Positions 12,161 through 25,204 of a DNA stretch of 64,000 bases are shown here, piece after piece. Below the pieces are notes generated by a model. That model did no database searches, was not told where the DNA came from, and worked only from the letters and a program-made list of their open reading frames with translations. This stretch comes from Camelus dromedarius (taxonomy: Eukaryota): positions 3,286,001-3,350,000 of the forward strand of contig NC_087437.1 of assembly GCF_036321535.1 (NCBI RefSeq), written 5' to 3'. Both the position numbers and the translations under genes were made by a program. Position 1 is the stretch's first letter; every line of letters starts with the position of its first letter.

Positions 12161-14066
12161 GACTTGGCTTTGAGTCAATCTATCAAAGCTATGCCACCTT
12201 GGTGAATTCACTTACCTTGCCAACCATGAGATCCTTGCCTGAAAATGGGATATGAACAGCCTCATGAGACCATGGAGTATTTTTTATCATCAGATGAGAT
12301 AATAGTAACCCAGTAAATGCTGAATGAACATAGGGGCAAAGAGCATGTTTTAAATAGTGCCAATCTATGGTGAAACGTTATTCCATTGAAGAAAGTAGTG
12401 CAAATGATGCGCACCTTCTAAAAAGTTACTCCACATTAAGAGCTGTAAGTGCCAGTCTAGATCTTTCAGCCTCATTGAATCTACTTGGATTTGGGGTTGA
12501 ATTAGATGAATAGTAAGTTCTGTCAGTGATAAAAGAGAATGAAAAGAAAATGAGAAGTTAACAGGCTGTCTAAAAAATAGACCCATTTGCTATTCCACTT
12601 GTAGCTCATTACTCTGCTTTAAAAAGAAATACTTCGGGAAGGGAGAAAAAGAAAAAGAAAAAGCAGCTCTAGAAGAAGGGTGTAGTTGGAAAATAAAAAA
12701 CAAAGCCTTTTCCTATCTAGGACAGGTTACTTCTCCCTAAGGTACAATGCTGGGAGGCTCTAGAGACAGCCACGATTCCTGAAACCTGGACACAAATCTC
12801 AGCAGCAGCTAGGGCAGTGTGTACCCCATGGGTAAAATGGGAAAGCTATGTTCCAGGGACAGAGATCAGGGCAGAGAGCCTCAGCAAACCTGATAAAGAA
12901 GGTAGGACATGATGGTCAGAAAGATGTCTCAAGTCAAAATCGGAAAGTCCAGGTGAATTTATGGCAACACAGAAGAGCGCAGCAGCCAAACTGACAGGAA
13001 GAACTCAGAAAAACACATGAAGCAGAGTACAGAGCCAGGTCGGGCACCCAACTGAGGAGGGTGGTGAGGAAAGGGAGGCCTGCCAGGTAAAGGGCAGAAC
13101 AAGATGGTGAACAAATGCCGTGGAAAATGGGAAGAAAGAAACTATCGTCTCTTTACCTCTCATCCACAGAACCTAGGGAGGTGCCTTCTACAGAGAGATG
13201 CCCAGGAACTGTTGAGTGAGTGCATTACAAGCAAACAGATTTAGGATACTGGAAACTGGCTTTTATAATTCAGCCAACAGATAGACTAAACCAGTGCTTC
13301 TCAGACTTTAATGTGCACACAGGTCACTGGAGGGAATCTTGTTTAAATGCAGATTTTGGTTCTGTAGGTCTCGGGTGGGGCCTGTGTCTCTTAACACACT
13401 ATGACCACAGTGCTACTGATCTACCCCATAATTTGAGTAACAAGGGCTTTGACTGAACTCAGCAGCTTGTATTAGCTTTCTGTGAAGACAGAAATCTATT
13501 GCAAGAGGAAGGACTGCAAGTGGAAATGAGGAAGGCATCTTCCAGGAGTAAGGAAGTCAAGTTTCAACAAGAATGACAGTTCTTGAGAATGAATTGGGGA
13601 ACTTTCCTGGGACAGGGGCTGCCAACAGCCCTGTGCCCAGAAAGAGGGGACTACAGTGGCCCAGAATTATACATGCAGATTTGGGGGAGTTTGAAATTTG
13701 TGAAGTAGTTTATCCACCAGAGCCATCACAATTTTTCATAATCTGAACAAAAATCATTACTCAATGATAGACTTCATTTCAGTCCACTCCATTTATCTTA
13801 TTGCATAAAAATAAAACTTAGGTTTTATTTTTTTAGTATGAGTATATCACTAAAGTAGACTTTAGTGGCATACAAAGCTGACATAGAAATAGAGTTGATG
13901 GTGTAGCAACCCACGTAGAAATGGGAACTCAATAGAATCCATCGCATTAACTCCTTATAGTCTCCCATTAACTGGCCCCTCCTTTGTTTTTCTACCTATT
14001 GTCCTCCATGAACTATAGCATGTGGTCTGACTTAAAGAGAACTTGGAGAATACTTTTCTCTCTCAG

Positions 14067-14690
14067 AGATTCCCCTAAGTGTGGCTACCAAGCCATAGTC
14101 CAAAATAGTGGTGCAGAATCAACTCCAACTTGACTGTGATGAGATGCTGTGTTCTGAGACCAGCACCTTCAGCACCACGGACAGAGGCAAATTCCTGTGG
14201 ACACCTATCTCCGATTTCAAGATGAGACTTGAAGAGTATGCCCCCGTCACCACTGTGCAGAGGACAGTCATTTCTGACCTGCCCTATCAAGTGTCCACCT
14301 TCCCTGCCAGCTCTGTCCCCTTTCTTTATATTATAGGACTGTTCCCTGCTGTGCTTATGCGTACAGGACACCATACTCCTTTTCCCATGGACAGGCACTG
14401 CCATTTTTATTCCTGGAGTTAAGTACCCATATATCAAACAAGTTTTCCGGAATGTGTCTCTAGCTCCTAGACTATTTCATACAGATTGCCCATTCTGCTT
14501 TGATATGGCTCTCTCATCTGTTGGCTCTCAGAAGACATCTGCTCATGCATGTCAGAGTAGGAAGTGGTCTTCAAGACTTTAAAATGCAGCACACTTTAAG
14601 ACAAGAATCCCTGACGTGTTTCATAGCACAATAGTCTTCAGGAGGCTTTAGTGACTTTAATATCTGTGATTAGATATTCTAATTTATTGA
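14067..14690 (+). pseudogene. Dynein pseudo-exon, AAA4 and entry to stalk
   Basis: Acceptor cttttctctctcag|. ORF 14108-14422 gives QLDCDEMLCSE..FSTTDRGKFL and VISDL..STFPASSVPFLYIIGLFPAVL (cf. RVRNNLHIVLCFSPVGxxFRxRLRMFPALV). Frameshifts then give TILLFPWTGTAI (cf. TIDWFxPWPxEAL) and FIQIAHS...LLALRRH...LQDFK...RQESLT (cf. VYIHQSV...FLAELRRH...IxTFK...KRxEL). Confidence 0.8.
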
Positions 14691-14758
14691 TAGTCTGAAC
14701 AAAATCAAGCTCCCACTCTTCCTAGTCTAGCAGAGCAAGTGAAATCCCCTTTGCAGTA

Positions 14759-15148
14759 GGGGAGTAACTGTACTCCCTAAGACCAAAATTAGGAGTAAGG
14801 AAGTAAAGTTAAAGGGGGTTCCTTAGAATGGTGAACCAGGCAGGAGACAACACCGAACCTAGGGCTGATGACTGCAGAAAAGGAACTCTCTGAGTTACAG
14901 AGTCATGAGACCTCGGTCTCAGCTGAGGGAGGCCATTGATTTTCATTAGGAAAGGGCACACTAGAATGAGACACAAAGATGCCTGCCATTTACTGGTCTA
15001 GTTTCCAGCAAACATTTATTTTAATTTCCTCAGAATGAGATGTACAGGCTGAAATGGTCAATGAGGAAGATTCTCTGAAGCTGGCCATGCATGCTACAAT
15101 TTCTAAGGGATAATGGCCATGAGGACACCTCAAGTGGCAGCATCAGAA
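14759..15148 (+). pseudogene. Dynein pseudo-exons, stalk coiled coil 1
   Basis: LYSLRPKL (cf. LEALQPEL). The segment 15034-15148 between ttcctcag| and |gtaaga reads DVQAEMVNEEDSLKLAMHA (cf. EVEADLAEAEPALEAAxxA). Confidence 0.55.
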
Positions 15149-15398
15149 GTAAGACTATAGAGAAAGCCCTGGGGTGGGGCACTGTTACTGACTTTGGTAA
15201 AGAATAGGAACTCCATGGATACTACAGTCAAGGGAGAAAATCAGGCCTTTTTTGCCCACTGGCATTTCTAAGTTAGGGTCAACACCATAGCCTTTGAACC
15301 TGGATCTTAATTTGACACCTTTGCTGGCTTTTCCTAAAGATCCCACTTGGCCGCAAGAGACTTCCTACTCAACATGGAAATAACAGAGAAAAGCCATG

Positions 15399-16304
15399 TT
15401 TTTATTGAAGTGTAGCTGATTTACAATCTTGTGTTAGTTTCTGGTGTATAGCAAAGTGATTCAGGTACGTATGTGTGTGTGTATATATATTTATATGTAT
15501 GTATATGTATACATATATACACACGTATATATTCTTTTCCATTATAGGCTATTACAAGATATTAAATATAGTTCCATGCTATAAAATAGGACCTTGTTTA
15601 TCTATTTTATAGATAGTAGTGTGTATCTGCTAATTTCAAACTCCTAATTTATCCCTCCCTGCTTTCCCTTTCGGTAACCAAAAGTTTGTTTTCAATGTCT
15701 ATGAGTCCATTTCTGTTTTATAAATAAGTTCATTTGTATTCTATTTCAGATTCCACATATAAGTGATATCATATGATTATTTGTCTGACTTACTTCACTT
15801 AATATGATAATCTCTAGTTCCATCCACATTGCTGCAAATAGCATTATTTTATTCCTTTTTATGGCCAAGTAGTATTCCATTGTATAAATATACCACAGCG
15901 TCTTTATCCAGTCATCTGTCCATGGACATTTATGTTGCTTCCATGTCTTGGTTATTGTAAACAGTGCTGCTGTGAACATTGAGGTGCATGTATCTTTTCA
16001 AATTAGAGTTCTCTCCAGATATATGTCTAGGAATGGGATTGCTGAATCATAGGATAAGTCTATTTTTAGTCTTCTGAGGAATCTCCATACTGTTTTCCAT
16101 AACGTCTGCACCAAACTACATTCCCATCAGCAGTATAGGAGGGTTCCCTTTTCTCCCCACCCTCTCCAGCATTTATCCTTTGTGGACTTTATAATGATGG
16201 CCATTCTGACTGGTGTGAGGTGATTCCTCATTGTGGTTTTGATTTGCATTTCTCTGATAATTAGCAATATGGGGCATCTTTACATGTGCCTGTTGGCCAT
16301 CTGT
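15399..16304 (-). mobile_element. 5'-truncated L1
   Basis: Antisense ORF2 end (MFTAALFTITKTWKQHKCP...). TSD-like ACAGAGAAAAGCC / ACAGACAAAGCC. Confidence 0.9.
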
Positions 16305-16327
16305 ACAGACAAAGCCTTTTGATGATG

Positions 16328-16545
16328 GTGTATTGGTTCTCTATTTCTGCTGTAATGACTTACCACAATCTTGGTGACTTACCACAACACAAATTTTTTA
16401 TCTTACAGTTCTAGGGATCCAAAATCCAAACTCTCTCTAAGCTAAAATAAATATGTCAGCAGAGCTGCATTCTTGGGAGTATATGATGATGGATGCCCTG
16501 CTCTGTTCTCCTTCTTCCACACTGTCTCAGCCCTCTTTTTCTCCT
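16328..16545 (-). mobile_element. MaLR LTR fragment (MLT1-like)
   Basis: TGTATTGGTTCTCTATTTCTGCTGTAATGACTTACCACAA...TCTTACAGTTCT matches the reverse of an MLT1 3' end. Confidence 0.7.
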
Positions 16546-16589
16546 TAAGGTGATGGCAGTGAGTGCAGAGTGATGATCAGGCTCTTGTA

Positions 16590-17075
16590 ACAGTCTGTAC
16601 CTCTTCATCCCCCACCCCAACCTGCCCCTCCCCACCCCCTCCCCACTAGTCACCACTAGTTTGTTCTCTGTATCTGTCAGTCTGCCCTTTTTTTTGTTAT
16701 ACTCACTAGTTTGTTGTATTTTTCAGATTCCATATATAAGTGATATCATACAGTATTTGTCTTTCTCTGTCTGACTTACTTCACTTAGCATAATGCCCTC
16801 CAACTCCGTGTTGTTGCAAATGGCATATTTCATTCTTTTTCATGGCTGAGTAGGATTCCATTGTGTATATATATGTATATATACCACATCTTCTTTATCC
16901 ATTCTTCTGTGACTGGACACTTAGGTTGCTTTCATATCTTGGCTATTGTAAATAGTGTTGCTATGAACAGTGGGGTGTATGAATTTTTTCGAATTAGAGT
17001 TTTTGGTTTTTTTCCAAATATATACCCAGGAGTGGAATTTCTGGGTCATACGGTAGTTCTGTTTTTAGTTTCTTG
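16590..17075 (-). mobile_element. L1 fragment (ORF2 end / 3' UTR)
   Basis: CAGATTCCATATATAAGTGATATCATACAGTATTTGTC... antisense L1. Confidence 0.85.
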
Positions 17076-17574
17076 AGACATTGCTGGATTCAATTCTAGC
17101 CCAAACCACTGAGATGTTTTTCTCAGCTTCGCACTCCTGACACTACAGCACAGTGTCCAAATGCAGTGTCTAGAAGAGCAGCATCACCTGAGCTCGTGTC
17201 AGAAACGCAGATTCTTGTGCTCCAACTCAGACGTGCTGAATCAGAAATTCTGAGAATGCTGTCCAGAGATCTGTGTTTTAAAAGCTTCAGGTGCTTCAGA
17301 TGCACTCTAGTTTGAGATCCATCACACTGGAGCCATTTTCTGTCTATCAGCCATGTCCTGAGAGCACCCTCACAAGACGTCTAATCTTTAGTAGCCAGGA
17401 ATACCACCAGCCTGTCCAAAGAATGCTTAGGAGTCCTCCCCACCCAGCTGACCTCATTTTAATCCCTTTTTACCATGATTTTCTTCCCCCATCCCCGTCT
17501 CATTCTCCATACCCCTCTATCCAGACTTGAAAGCAGAACAAACTAAATTGGAAGTCACCTGAGAGATAATCTAA

Positions 17575-17790
17575 GCCAAATGTGGCAGTGGTATTATCTC
17601 AGTTGTGAGAGGTCTGAGCCGTAGGTCATGGGCTCCCTGGATGGCCGTGTTGAGCAGCATTCTGAAGTCATGTCCACATTCAGTGAGTAAAAAGTCCATG
17701 AAGGATGACTGACAAGTGCTGTTGAGGTCATAAAGGGAAAGTAGCAGAAAAGTGCCCAGCAGAAGCTCTCCCTGACACAGGCCACCCATG
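17575..17790 (+). pseudogene. Dynein pseudo-exon, microtubule-binding domain to coiled coil 2
   Basis: VMGSLDGRVEQHSEVM...LTSAVEVIKGK*QKSAQQKLSL (cf. AxGPLxxWVxAxxxYSEVL followed by coiled coil). Position fits the domain order. Confidence 0.45.
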
Positions 17791-18169
17791 GTCTTGGTTT
17801 TTAGGGGAAAGGAAGTGACTTATCTCAAGTCTCCCAGCTGGTGAGTAGTAGAGCTACTGCCTGAAACCATAATGGTATTCAGTACTCTTCTCTAAGTCCC
17901 TGTATTCTTTCCCTCTGTTCCCCTGCCTTGTCTCCACTTCTCCTCCTCTTGATTCTCCATCACCCTTGTAAACTTTTTGCTCATCATTAACATAACAGCC
18001 TCTACCACAAAGGATTGAGGGGACGGGCAAATCAACAGACTTAGCCCCTTTTTGGTGAGGAGTCTTGGAGAGGGGAAAGGTGGAAATCAGTGGCTGCAAA
18101 AATATTCTCACCACATGAAAGTGAACATGCCCTTCTTCCTTTATCTCTCCTTTCTTTCCTCCCACCTTC

Positions 18170-18700
18170 CCTCCCTTCCTTCCTTTCATCCATCAACAAA
18201 TTTGGGGGACACATATTAAACCCAGGCGTCTTTATAAGCTCCAAGGATACAGTAGTTAATAACACAGACCCCCCCAAAATCCTGCCCTCATGGACCTTGA
18301 ATTCTAGGAAGACAGAAAGCAAATCATGAAGCAGAATAGATGCCTTGTCAAATGGTGATGAGTCTTCTGGAGAAAACTTAAGTAGGCAAGAGAAATAAGA
18401 GGAGTAAAGAGGAGAGCAGTGGTCATTAGGTTGGTCAGAGGAGGCCACATAAGCAGGTGACATGTTAGCATGGACGAGAAAGATGGAAGGGAACAAGCAA
18501 GTCACACTGAAATCTGTGTGAGAAATGTTGTAGGTAGAGCACAGACAAGTACAAAGTCCCAGAGACAGGCACGTTCCAGGTAGGTCTGAAGAGGGGTGAG
18601 GAGGCCACCATATATGGAGCAGAATGAGATGACACTAGGGAATTGATGGTGGAACACACTGTGTAGGGCCCTGGACACCACCATGGGGACTTGGGATTTT
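18170..18700 (-). mobile_element. L2 3' fragment
   Basis: CATCCATCAACAAATTT...GGATACAGTAGTTAATAACACAGAC...CCTGCCCTCATGGA antisense L2 3' end. Confidence 0.7.
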
Positions 18701-19560
18701 TCTAGTCCTGTTAGGACTTTGTTTCTGAAGATCCACAGCCTGACATTCCTTAATCTGTCTCCCCATTTAACCTAAAGTGGCAACTCCCTTTCCCAACAAT
18801 TCCTCTCTCCCAAGTGCTCCCTGCTCAGAAAACAAAGACAAGAGAACCAGTTTGTCATGTAAAGGAGAACACGTGGAGCGGGGGGCACAGCAGCGTTCAA
18901 GAGACGTGGATCTGAGTCCTCCCAGTCAGTGGCTGCCTGTCTTTGGGATATGCAATTTGACTGGACCTGTTGGCTTATCTGTAAAGGGGATCCTTGGATA
19001 AGACACGGCTTTAAGACAGGCTGTGCCATAGCTTAATATACTTTAAGGCTAAGATGTCAGCAGGGCTTCATTATTATTCTTTCTTAGTCCTTCTTTTTGC
19101 CATGGAAGCTTCACTCCTTTGGGATAGCAGGATACAGAAATAGAAAGGAGCGTTCTCCGCCATGTGTAGCATCTCACTTGCACCAAGAGCTCTCCTGTAG
19201 GTTCGGAAAGGGCAGGGGTCCTTCCAGTGAGGTAGTTCCCAAGATGAGTATCATCTCCTCCAAACATGCCTTGTTCAGACTTAGAACTGTCTTCTGTGTT
19301 CGCACAGCATCCTGCCCTCGTCTTTATCATAGCAACTGCTCAACTCTGTCATAACTGTTGGTGTGTTGGCCTGTCTGTCCTCTTCCCCACTTCTCTGCCC
19401 AGCACCTCACCTCCCTACACACACTGAATTATAAGCTCCTGGGAAAACAGGTACCATGCCTTGTTATCTTTGTATCTTTAGCCTTGAACACAGGGCCTGG
19501 TACATAGTAGTTGCCCAGGAAATGGTGAATGAATGAATGAATGAATGGCCTGGGTGAAGT

Positions 19561-19897
19561 GGATTCATGTTGGTGTCAAACAGAAGCCTCTGAAGAAAAT
19601 TGTCACAGTGATTAAGCCAAGGCTTAGGATGGTTTGTTGGGAATTTTTTTAAAGTTACCAGCATTCAAAAGGATCCTGTTTATAATCCAGTGGAGATTAT
19701 GATGTAATCTGAAAAACTCCTGTCATTGCAGACTTCTGTGCAGAGAACTGAAGATACAAAGACACTGCCCTTAAGGATGGACCTTTGCTCCTATCCAGGG
19801 AATGTGGCATGGGGATTAAGGTGGGATTACGCTAAAGACCAGCAACTTCTGCTTCAAATTTTAGTTTATATATTGTTTTCAGATAGGTTCTTCATTG
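19561..19897 (+). pseudogene. Dynein pseudo-exon, AAA5 module
   Basis: GFMLVSNRSL*RKLSQ*LSQGLGWFVGNFFKVTSIQKDPVYNPVEIMM*SEKLLSLQ (cf. NGIIVTNSRRWPLMIDPQGQAxKWIK...LKVTS...LENAIRFGKPVLLE), then GIKVG...SNFSLYI (cf. IKLGD...PNFRLYI). Confidence 0.75.
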
Positions 19898-20924
19898 GAA
19901 AGTCATCTGGATTAGACATCAGAGACTCTGGGCTTGCAAAAAAGTGGCCTTGCCCCTCTGAGCTTTAACCTCTTCACCTGTAAGATGGAAATGGTACCTC
20001 TGTACATCTCAACGGGCTGTTGAGAGGATCAAATGAGACAAGATATGTGCTATTCTAAACTTACAAGCATAGCTGCTGGTGTGGGAGACTGAGTGTGGGG
20101 AGCTAGTCTAAATGGCCCCGCAAAATAGGTGACTGACTAGGTCATTAAGATGAAGTTGTTACTGCCTCTAGCTTAGAGCAAGTAGAGAATGGCTTTAGAA
20201 GCAGTACTATTATGAGTAAATTTTATGATAGTCATCCTCTGTTTTCTAATCCTTAAAATTAGAGAGACCTAGTGGAATGATCCCCAAATACCCATTGAAC
20301 TACGACACTAAGATTTTAATGACCCACTTGAGACAAGACGTGATGAGTGAGTTCCCACCTGATGGATCTAAGCCTACCAGAATGCGTTAGAACAGTGCTC
20401 AAACCCTGTAAATCCACGTCACACAAGTGCAGAGTGGGTGTCTGAAGCATGTATTCCTCTGGCTCATGTCACAGCCAAGCTTGTTGGCAGCGTGTCACTA
20501 ACCCCCAATATCCCTAGTGGACCAGGACCAGTTGGCCAAAGCCTCACAGAGGCAGCCAAGCTAATTATTTATAGATGCAGCTCATCAAAGGCTTTGCACC
20601 TTCCTTTGTGTTGAGAGATGATCTCCTGACTCCCATTCTTCCTTTCTCTTTTATGTATTGTCTCTTCCTTAATTCCCTAGGTTTTGATGTGCCTTCAGCT
20701 CTGATGAATTCACAGCTGCGATGATTTTTACTTCCTAATCCATCAGTTGGGAGTGATCAGTAGGGAGAGAGAGAAATACTATCCCAGTTCTGCAGCTTTC
20801 TGCCAAATCTGTCCATAGAGAATTTCCATAGAAGTTTGTGTTGATTACGCTATTTTTATGAAAGGGAATTTTGATGACCTTTAGTTTGGGTGAGTTAGGT
20901 GAGAACTCACCTTAAAAAAAAAGG

Positions 20925-22600
20925 TGTGGGGGAAGATATGGGAGTTTTGCTACAGTCCCAGGATTCTAGGAGCAGCTGAATCACCAGGTCTTACAGAGCT
21001 TACTAAGCAAGTAGTTCAAGAGTCAATGAACATTCAGAATTCAGAGCAGCGCAAGTGGCTGGGTCATCTGGTCAACCTCCTGAGCAACAGGATTCACAGA
21101 TGTTTATTCTCATGCTCTACTGTTGTGGCAACTTGGCTGTTCTCCCTGTGTCCCTCAGCTATGACTCCCCAAACCAGCTGCTTCATTCTTTCTCTCTGTC
21201 TCAAGTTCTGGCTGGTCTAGTTAGTCCATTGGTCCCCTTTGTCCATGATGAGCAAAACCTCCACACTAGGTCATCTCATAGATTCCTGGCCAACCTGCAG
21301 GTTAGCTCTCCTTAGACAAGTTGCCCACTTCAGGGGAGCACAGGCATGAGGCACCATTGTGGCAACTTGTGTGGACAGAAATCCTCAGAAGAGGGATGTG
21401 GGAGGAGCTGATGCTCTCAAGCCCAGCTGGTCCAGTAAAGCATTCAAAGTCAGCGCCATAACAGAAGCGGAGATGCCTGTGTGAACAAAGTTTTCTTTCT
21501 TACAAGTAACCTTGACATATACAAATAAATTCCAACTTAAAAAGCACAGAGGTTTTAAGGACTCCTTTATGCATCATTTCATTATTTAAAAATTTATTCT
21601 ATGCTACTCTATTATTCTTTGGTTAAAGATCATTCAATTAGTGAAGTTCCTAATGTGCCAAAATAAATTTGTCAAAATTTTAGTGCCGTGTGTCTTCCAA
21701 GGATCATCCACTGGACAGAGTGAAAGCACATGTGTTCAAGGTTGTGTTTGGTTTAACCAGTGGTATTGCCTTGGTGTTATTTTCTGTATCTATTGCAGAA
21801 CTGAGTGCATTAGATATATTTCAGATGACTTGGGCTTTTGTGGTGAGCTGGGACCTAAACGCTTTTACAACTTTGTTGTTCTGAGTTCTCAGCACCCAGT
21901 TAACAATAGGAACCTCCAGAGTATAATCATTTATAAACTGGAAGTGAATGCAGTTTTATTCCAGAAATCTTATATCACCTGAAACCAAGCATCTTGAAAC
22001 AGCTGACTTCCGCAAACTTTTGTGAATGCTCTGATCATCACAGCCATCTTGGGCATTTGAGTCTCTCCATGTCTTGAGAGATGGGGTAAATATGAGGGAA
22101 AGGTAACTGTGTATTAACTAAGAGAGTGGTTCTCAAGCTATAGTCGCAGAACTAGCCTACTAGCATCACCAGAGGACTTGTTAGAAGTGCAGATCCCCAG
22201 GCCTAACCCCAAATCTGCTGAATCAGAGACTTTGCCAGGGGGGCCCATAAATCTGTGTTTTAACAAGCCTTCCAAAAGATTCTTGTGTTTACTACAGTTT
22301 GAGAATACTGAACTCAGACTTTCGTGAGCTTCAGGAGACCCCAGGAAGGCTATCTCCATGAGAACCAGGCAGCTTCCCCGTAACGTGGTTTGGAACAAGG
22401 GCATGTGTTGTTTCTCTGGGTACTTCTGACCAGTGTCGGGTCCTGGAGGAAGTCCACACTCAGGACAAATGTCATCACTGTATGTTGCTTCTCCTTCTCT
22501 CTCTGTCCTCTCTTCTGTCCTGGCAGGCTGACCCTCAGTATTTCTACACTGCTTCACTTTCCTACACAGAACATCCTCCTCCTGGATTGAGGAGGAGACT
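20925..22600 (+). pseudogene. Dynein pseudo-exons, end of AAA5 and AAA5-AAA6 connector
   Basis: KIWEFCYS/PGF*EQLNHQVLQ (cf. LINFTVTPEGLEDQLLGIVV), AQRF*GLLYASFHYLKIYSMLLYYSL (cf. AQRASLLYFxIxDLxxIDPMYQYSL), DRVKAHVFKVVFGL...LFSVSIA...TWAFVV (cf. VYRYVSRGLF...LFSFLL...EWxFFL), and LFCPGRLTLSIS (cf. CLRPDRLTxAI). Confidence 0.75.
22124..22310. mobile_element. MER5A-like DNA transposon (similar copies at about 3146-3300, 13292-13450, 17150-17327, 55845-55990, 58670-58830)
   Basis: AGTGGTTCTCAA...GCATCACC...CTTGTTAGAA...GCTGAATCAGA...TTTGAGAATACTG with terminal inverted repeats. Confidence 0.75.
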
Positions 22601-24146
22601 AAGCTTTTGTCCAAGATCAGTGAGGAAAGTGTAATGGTTGACTGGTGGTATCTGCAATGGATGAGGATAAGGGCGAGGAGTAGTGGGGCAAATGAATGGT
22701 AATGCCTATGCCAGGTGTTTGCCGTCTGGTCTAGGCCTAAGTAAGGGATGCAGAGAAAGAGGTGGAGAATCCTGTCTTGCTACTCCAAGGACCTGACTCT
22801 TCTTCTGTGACTGATACTTGAAATAATGTCTCCCCACTTCGGGGCAGACCCCACTGACCCCCAGGGTCCAATTTCTCCAGGCAGGCAGGTTAGATTATAC
22901 ATATGAGCCTCTATTCACACGAGGAAACCCACGTAATGGGTGAAGTATACCTTTCCATCAGCCATTTTTCTCTTTGGAATGACTCTTATCAGTTGCCTCC
23001 ATCTTCCTCTTGGCCACATGGAAGAAAGAGTTTATCACAGGCAGAGGGGCTAACCCTGCTGAGTGACTGTGAATTTTACCATACAGTCCAAGCATGAGAG
23101 GAACACTGACTTGGTCTCATCTGCCCTCGCCTGTGGTGAAGTCGTTCCTGGTCAGCTCAGAGAGGTCACAAAACAGCTGTAGTGAGGGGAAACCACTGCA
23201 GAAGAGTGAAAATTGCTTGTTTTAGAGGCAAGTGGAAAGGCAGAAGGAAAACTGAGTGAAAGCAGGGACTAGTGGGCAAAGGCAAAATCATGAGTGGAGG
23301 GGGACCTAAAAAGAGAATGCCATCCGAGATGAAGAGGAACTGAGAGTTTCTCCATCCTGGTCACCCTCCCCGAGACCAAGCTGGACGGCAAGAGGAGACC
23401 TAACATGAAGGTGCGGCAACCAGCCCAGAGCAGCCGTCTAGACAGGGAGGCATGAAACATCACGAGTCAACCTCCACATCCCACGTGTGGCTTGGTGTGA
23501 CAAGTGTTTATACAAGATGATTGATTACCCTGCAGTTTGCTTTGTCAATCAGTCATGGAGTTAATTACATGTTACTCTTGGGCACTGTTATAAATAATGG
23601 TGCGGCAAACAGTGCTCGGTTTAATGGTCCTTGGTGTTCAGCTATTAAACTGATGGCACAGCCACATCAGTATTGATGAACAGGGATCCTGTCCATCAAT
23701 GGATAATTTATATCCCCAAGCATAATGGGCTATCCCAATCCCATTTTTGCCAAGGCATTATTCACACTGATACAGACAATGAATCCAGCAATAAAGGAGG
23801 GACAGACATATTTTGTTTCGTGGTTAAAAAATAAAATCTCCTGATAAATGCTGTTCATGAGGAAACAGGGATGTTTGTATCGCTGACCTAGAGCTTAAGG
23901 AAGATCTGAACTCACCATAAAACTTCCCAGAATGGAAAAATAAGGTGGATTCAGGAGGAGGGATTTGTACCCAACCACAGCTTCTGCGGGTGGTTGGGGG
24001 CTTTGGATGTGCTGCTCACCTTCCCAGAACATCCTTCTTTATCGCCCACTCCCCGTATACCTGGCCGACTCCACCCACCAGACATCAGCTTAAGTGGCGT
24101 ATCTTTCAAGAACCTTTCTCGACTTTCTGGACAGGGTCAGATGCTT

Positions 24147-24898
24147 GTCGTAGGTTGGGTCCTCCAGAAGCCAGCCCTGAGACAAGGATTCATGTGTGCA
24201 TGTTCCCAGGACTGGGGAGTGAGCAGGTGGAACCATAGAAAGGAAGGAGGCAATGCACAGATGGGATATCAAGCAGTCTCAAAAGTGGGGATTTTGGCTC
24301 AATCTCACTGGGAATATCTGAGTATTCACATCTCAGAGTTGTCCTTTTTTTAATTTTTATTTTTTATTGAAGTGTAGTAGATTTACAATGTTAGTTTCAG
24401 GTGTACAGCAAAGTGATTCAGTTGTATGTATGTATGTGTATATATTATTATATACACATACATACATATATATGTATATATATATATACACACATAATAT
24501 ATACATATATGTGTATATATTATATATACATACATACATATATTTCATTTTCTTTTCCATTATGGCTCATTACAAGAAATTGAATAGCGTTCCCTATGCT
24601 CCACAGTAAGTCCTTGTTGTTTATCTCTTTTATATACAGTAATGTGTATCTGTTCATCCCAAACTACTAATCTATCAGGGGCAGCATTTCAACTTCTGCA
24701 TGTGTCAGTCACTGACTAAGGGCTGCCCCAGCACTTCAAGGACTCCACACACAGAGAAGACAGTCTGGCAGCTTGAGGATGCTCCTGTAACAAAGACACA
24801 GGTGCTGGTGTTGGGAGAGAAGGAGTATCAGGTGCATTCCAAAGTGGTGAAGGGACCCAGTGTGACGTGCGTGGAACACACAGACAGTGTCTGCTATC
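24147..24898 (-). mobile_element. ERVL LTR16-like solo LTR interrupted by an antisense L1 3' end (about 24345-24675) with expanded (TA/CA)n
   Basis: TGTCGTAGGTTGGGTCCTCCAGAAGCCAGCCCTGAGACAAGGATTC resembles the reverse LTR16 terminus; L1 3' UTR lies inside it. Confidence 0.65.
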
Positions 24899-25204
24899 TG
24901 GCCCTGCAAAGTGTTCCCACCCTTTAAGATGGCATTTATTGTCCTACGTGGTCATCGTTTCATTAACTGTCTGTCTTTCCTGCTGGATTGTAAGTTCCCT
25001 GCTGGCAGGAGCAATGACTGTCTTATCCATCATTTTATCACCAAAGACTCACACAGTACCTGGCCCATGGCCAGTCCTCAAAAAATAGTTGTAAAGTGAG
25101 AGAAAAAAGGGAGGGAGGGAGGTTGGTTTAATGGGAGGGCTGCACTAGTATAATGTAATTCACACTCAAATAAAACCAAACCTTGATAAAACAGCATTCT
25201 TGAA

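Noticed and set aside
22390..22590. AAA6 GHWVLLQN / FRLWLT assignment for this ORF
   Set aside because: PGRLT fits the upstream RPDRL motif better, and AAA6-like motifs appear later at about 25205-25556, preserving domain order.
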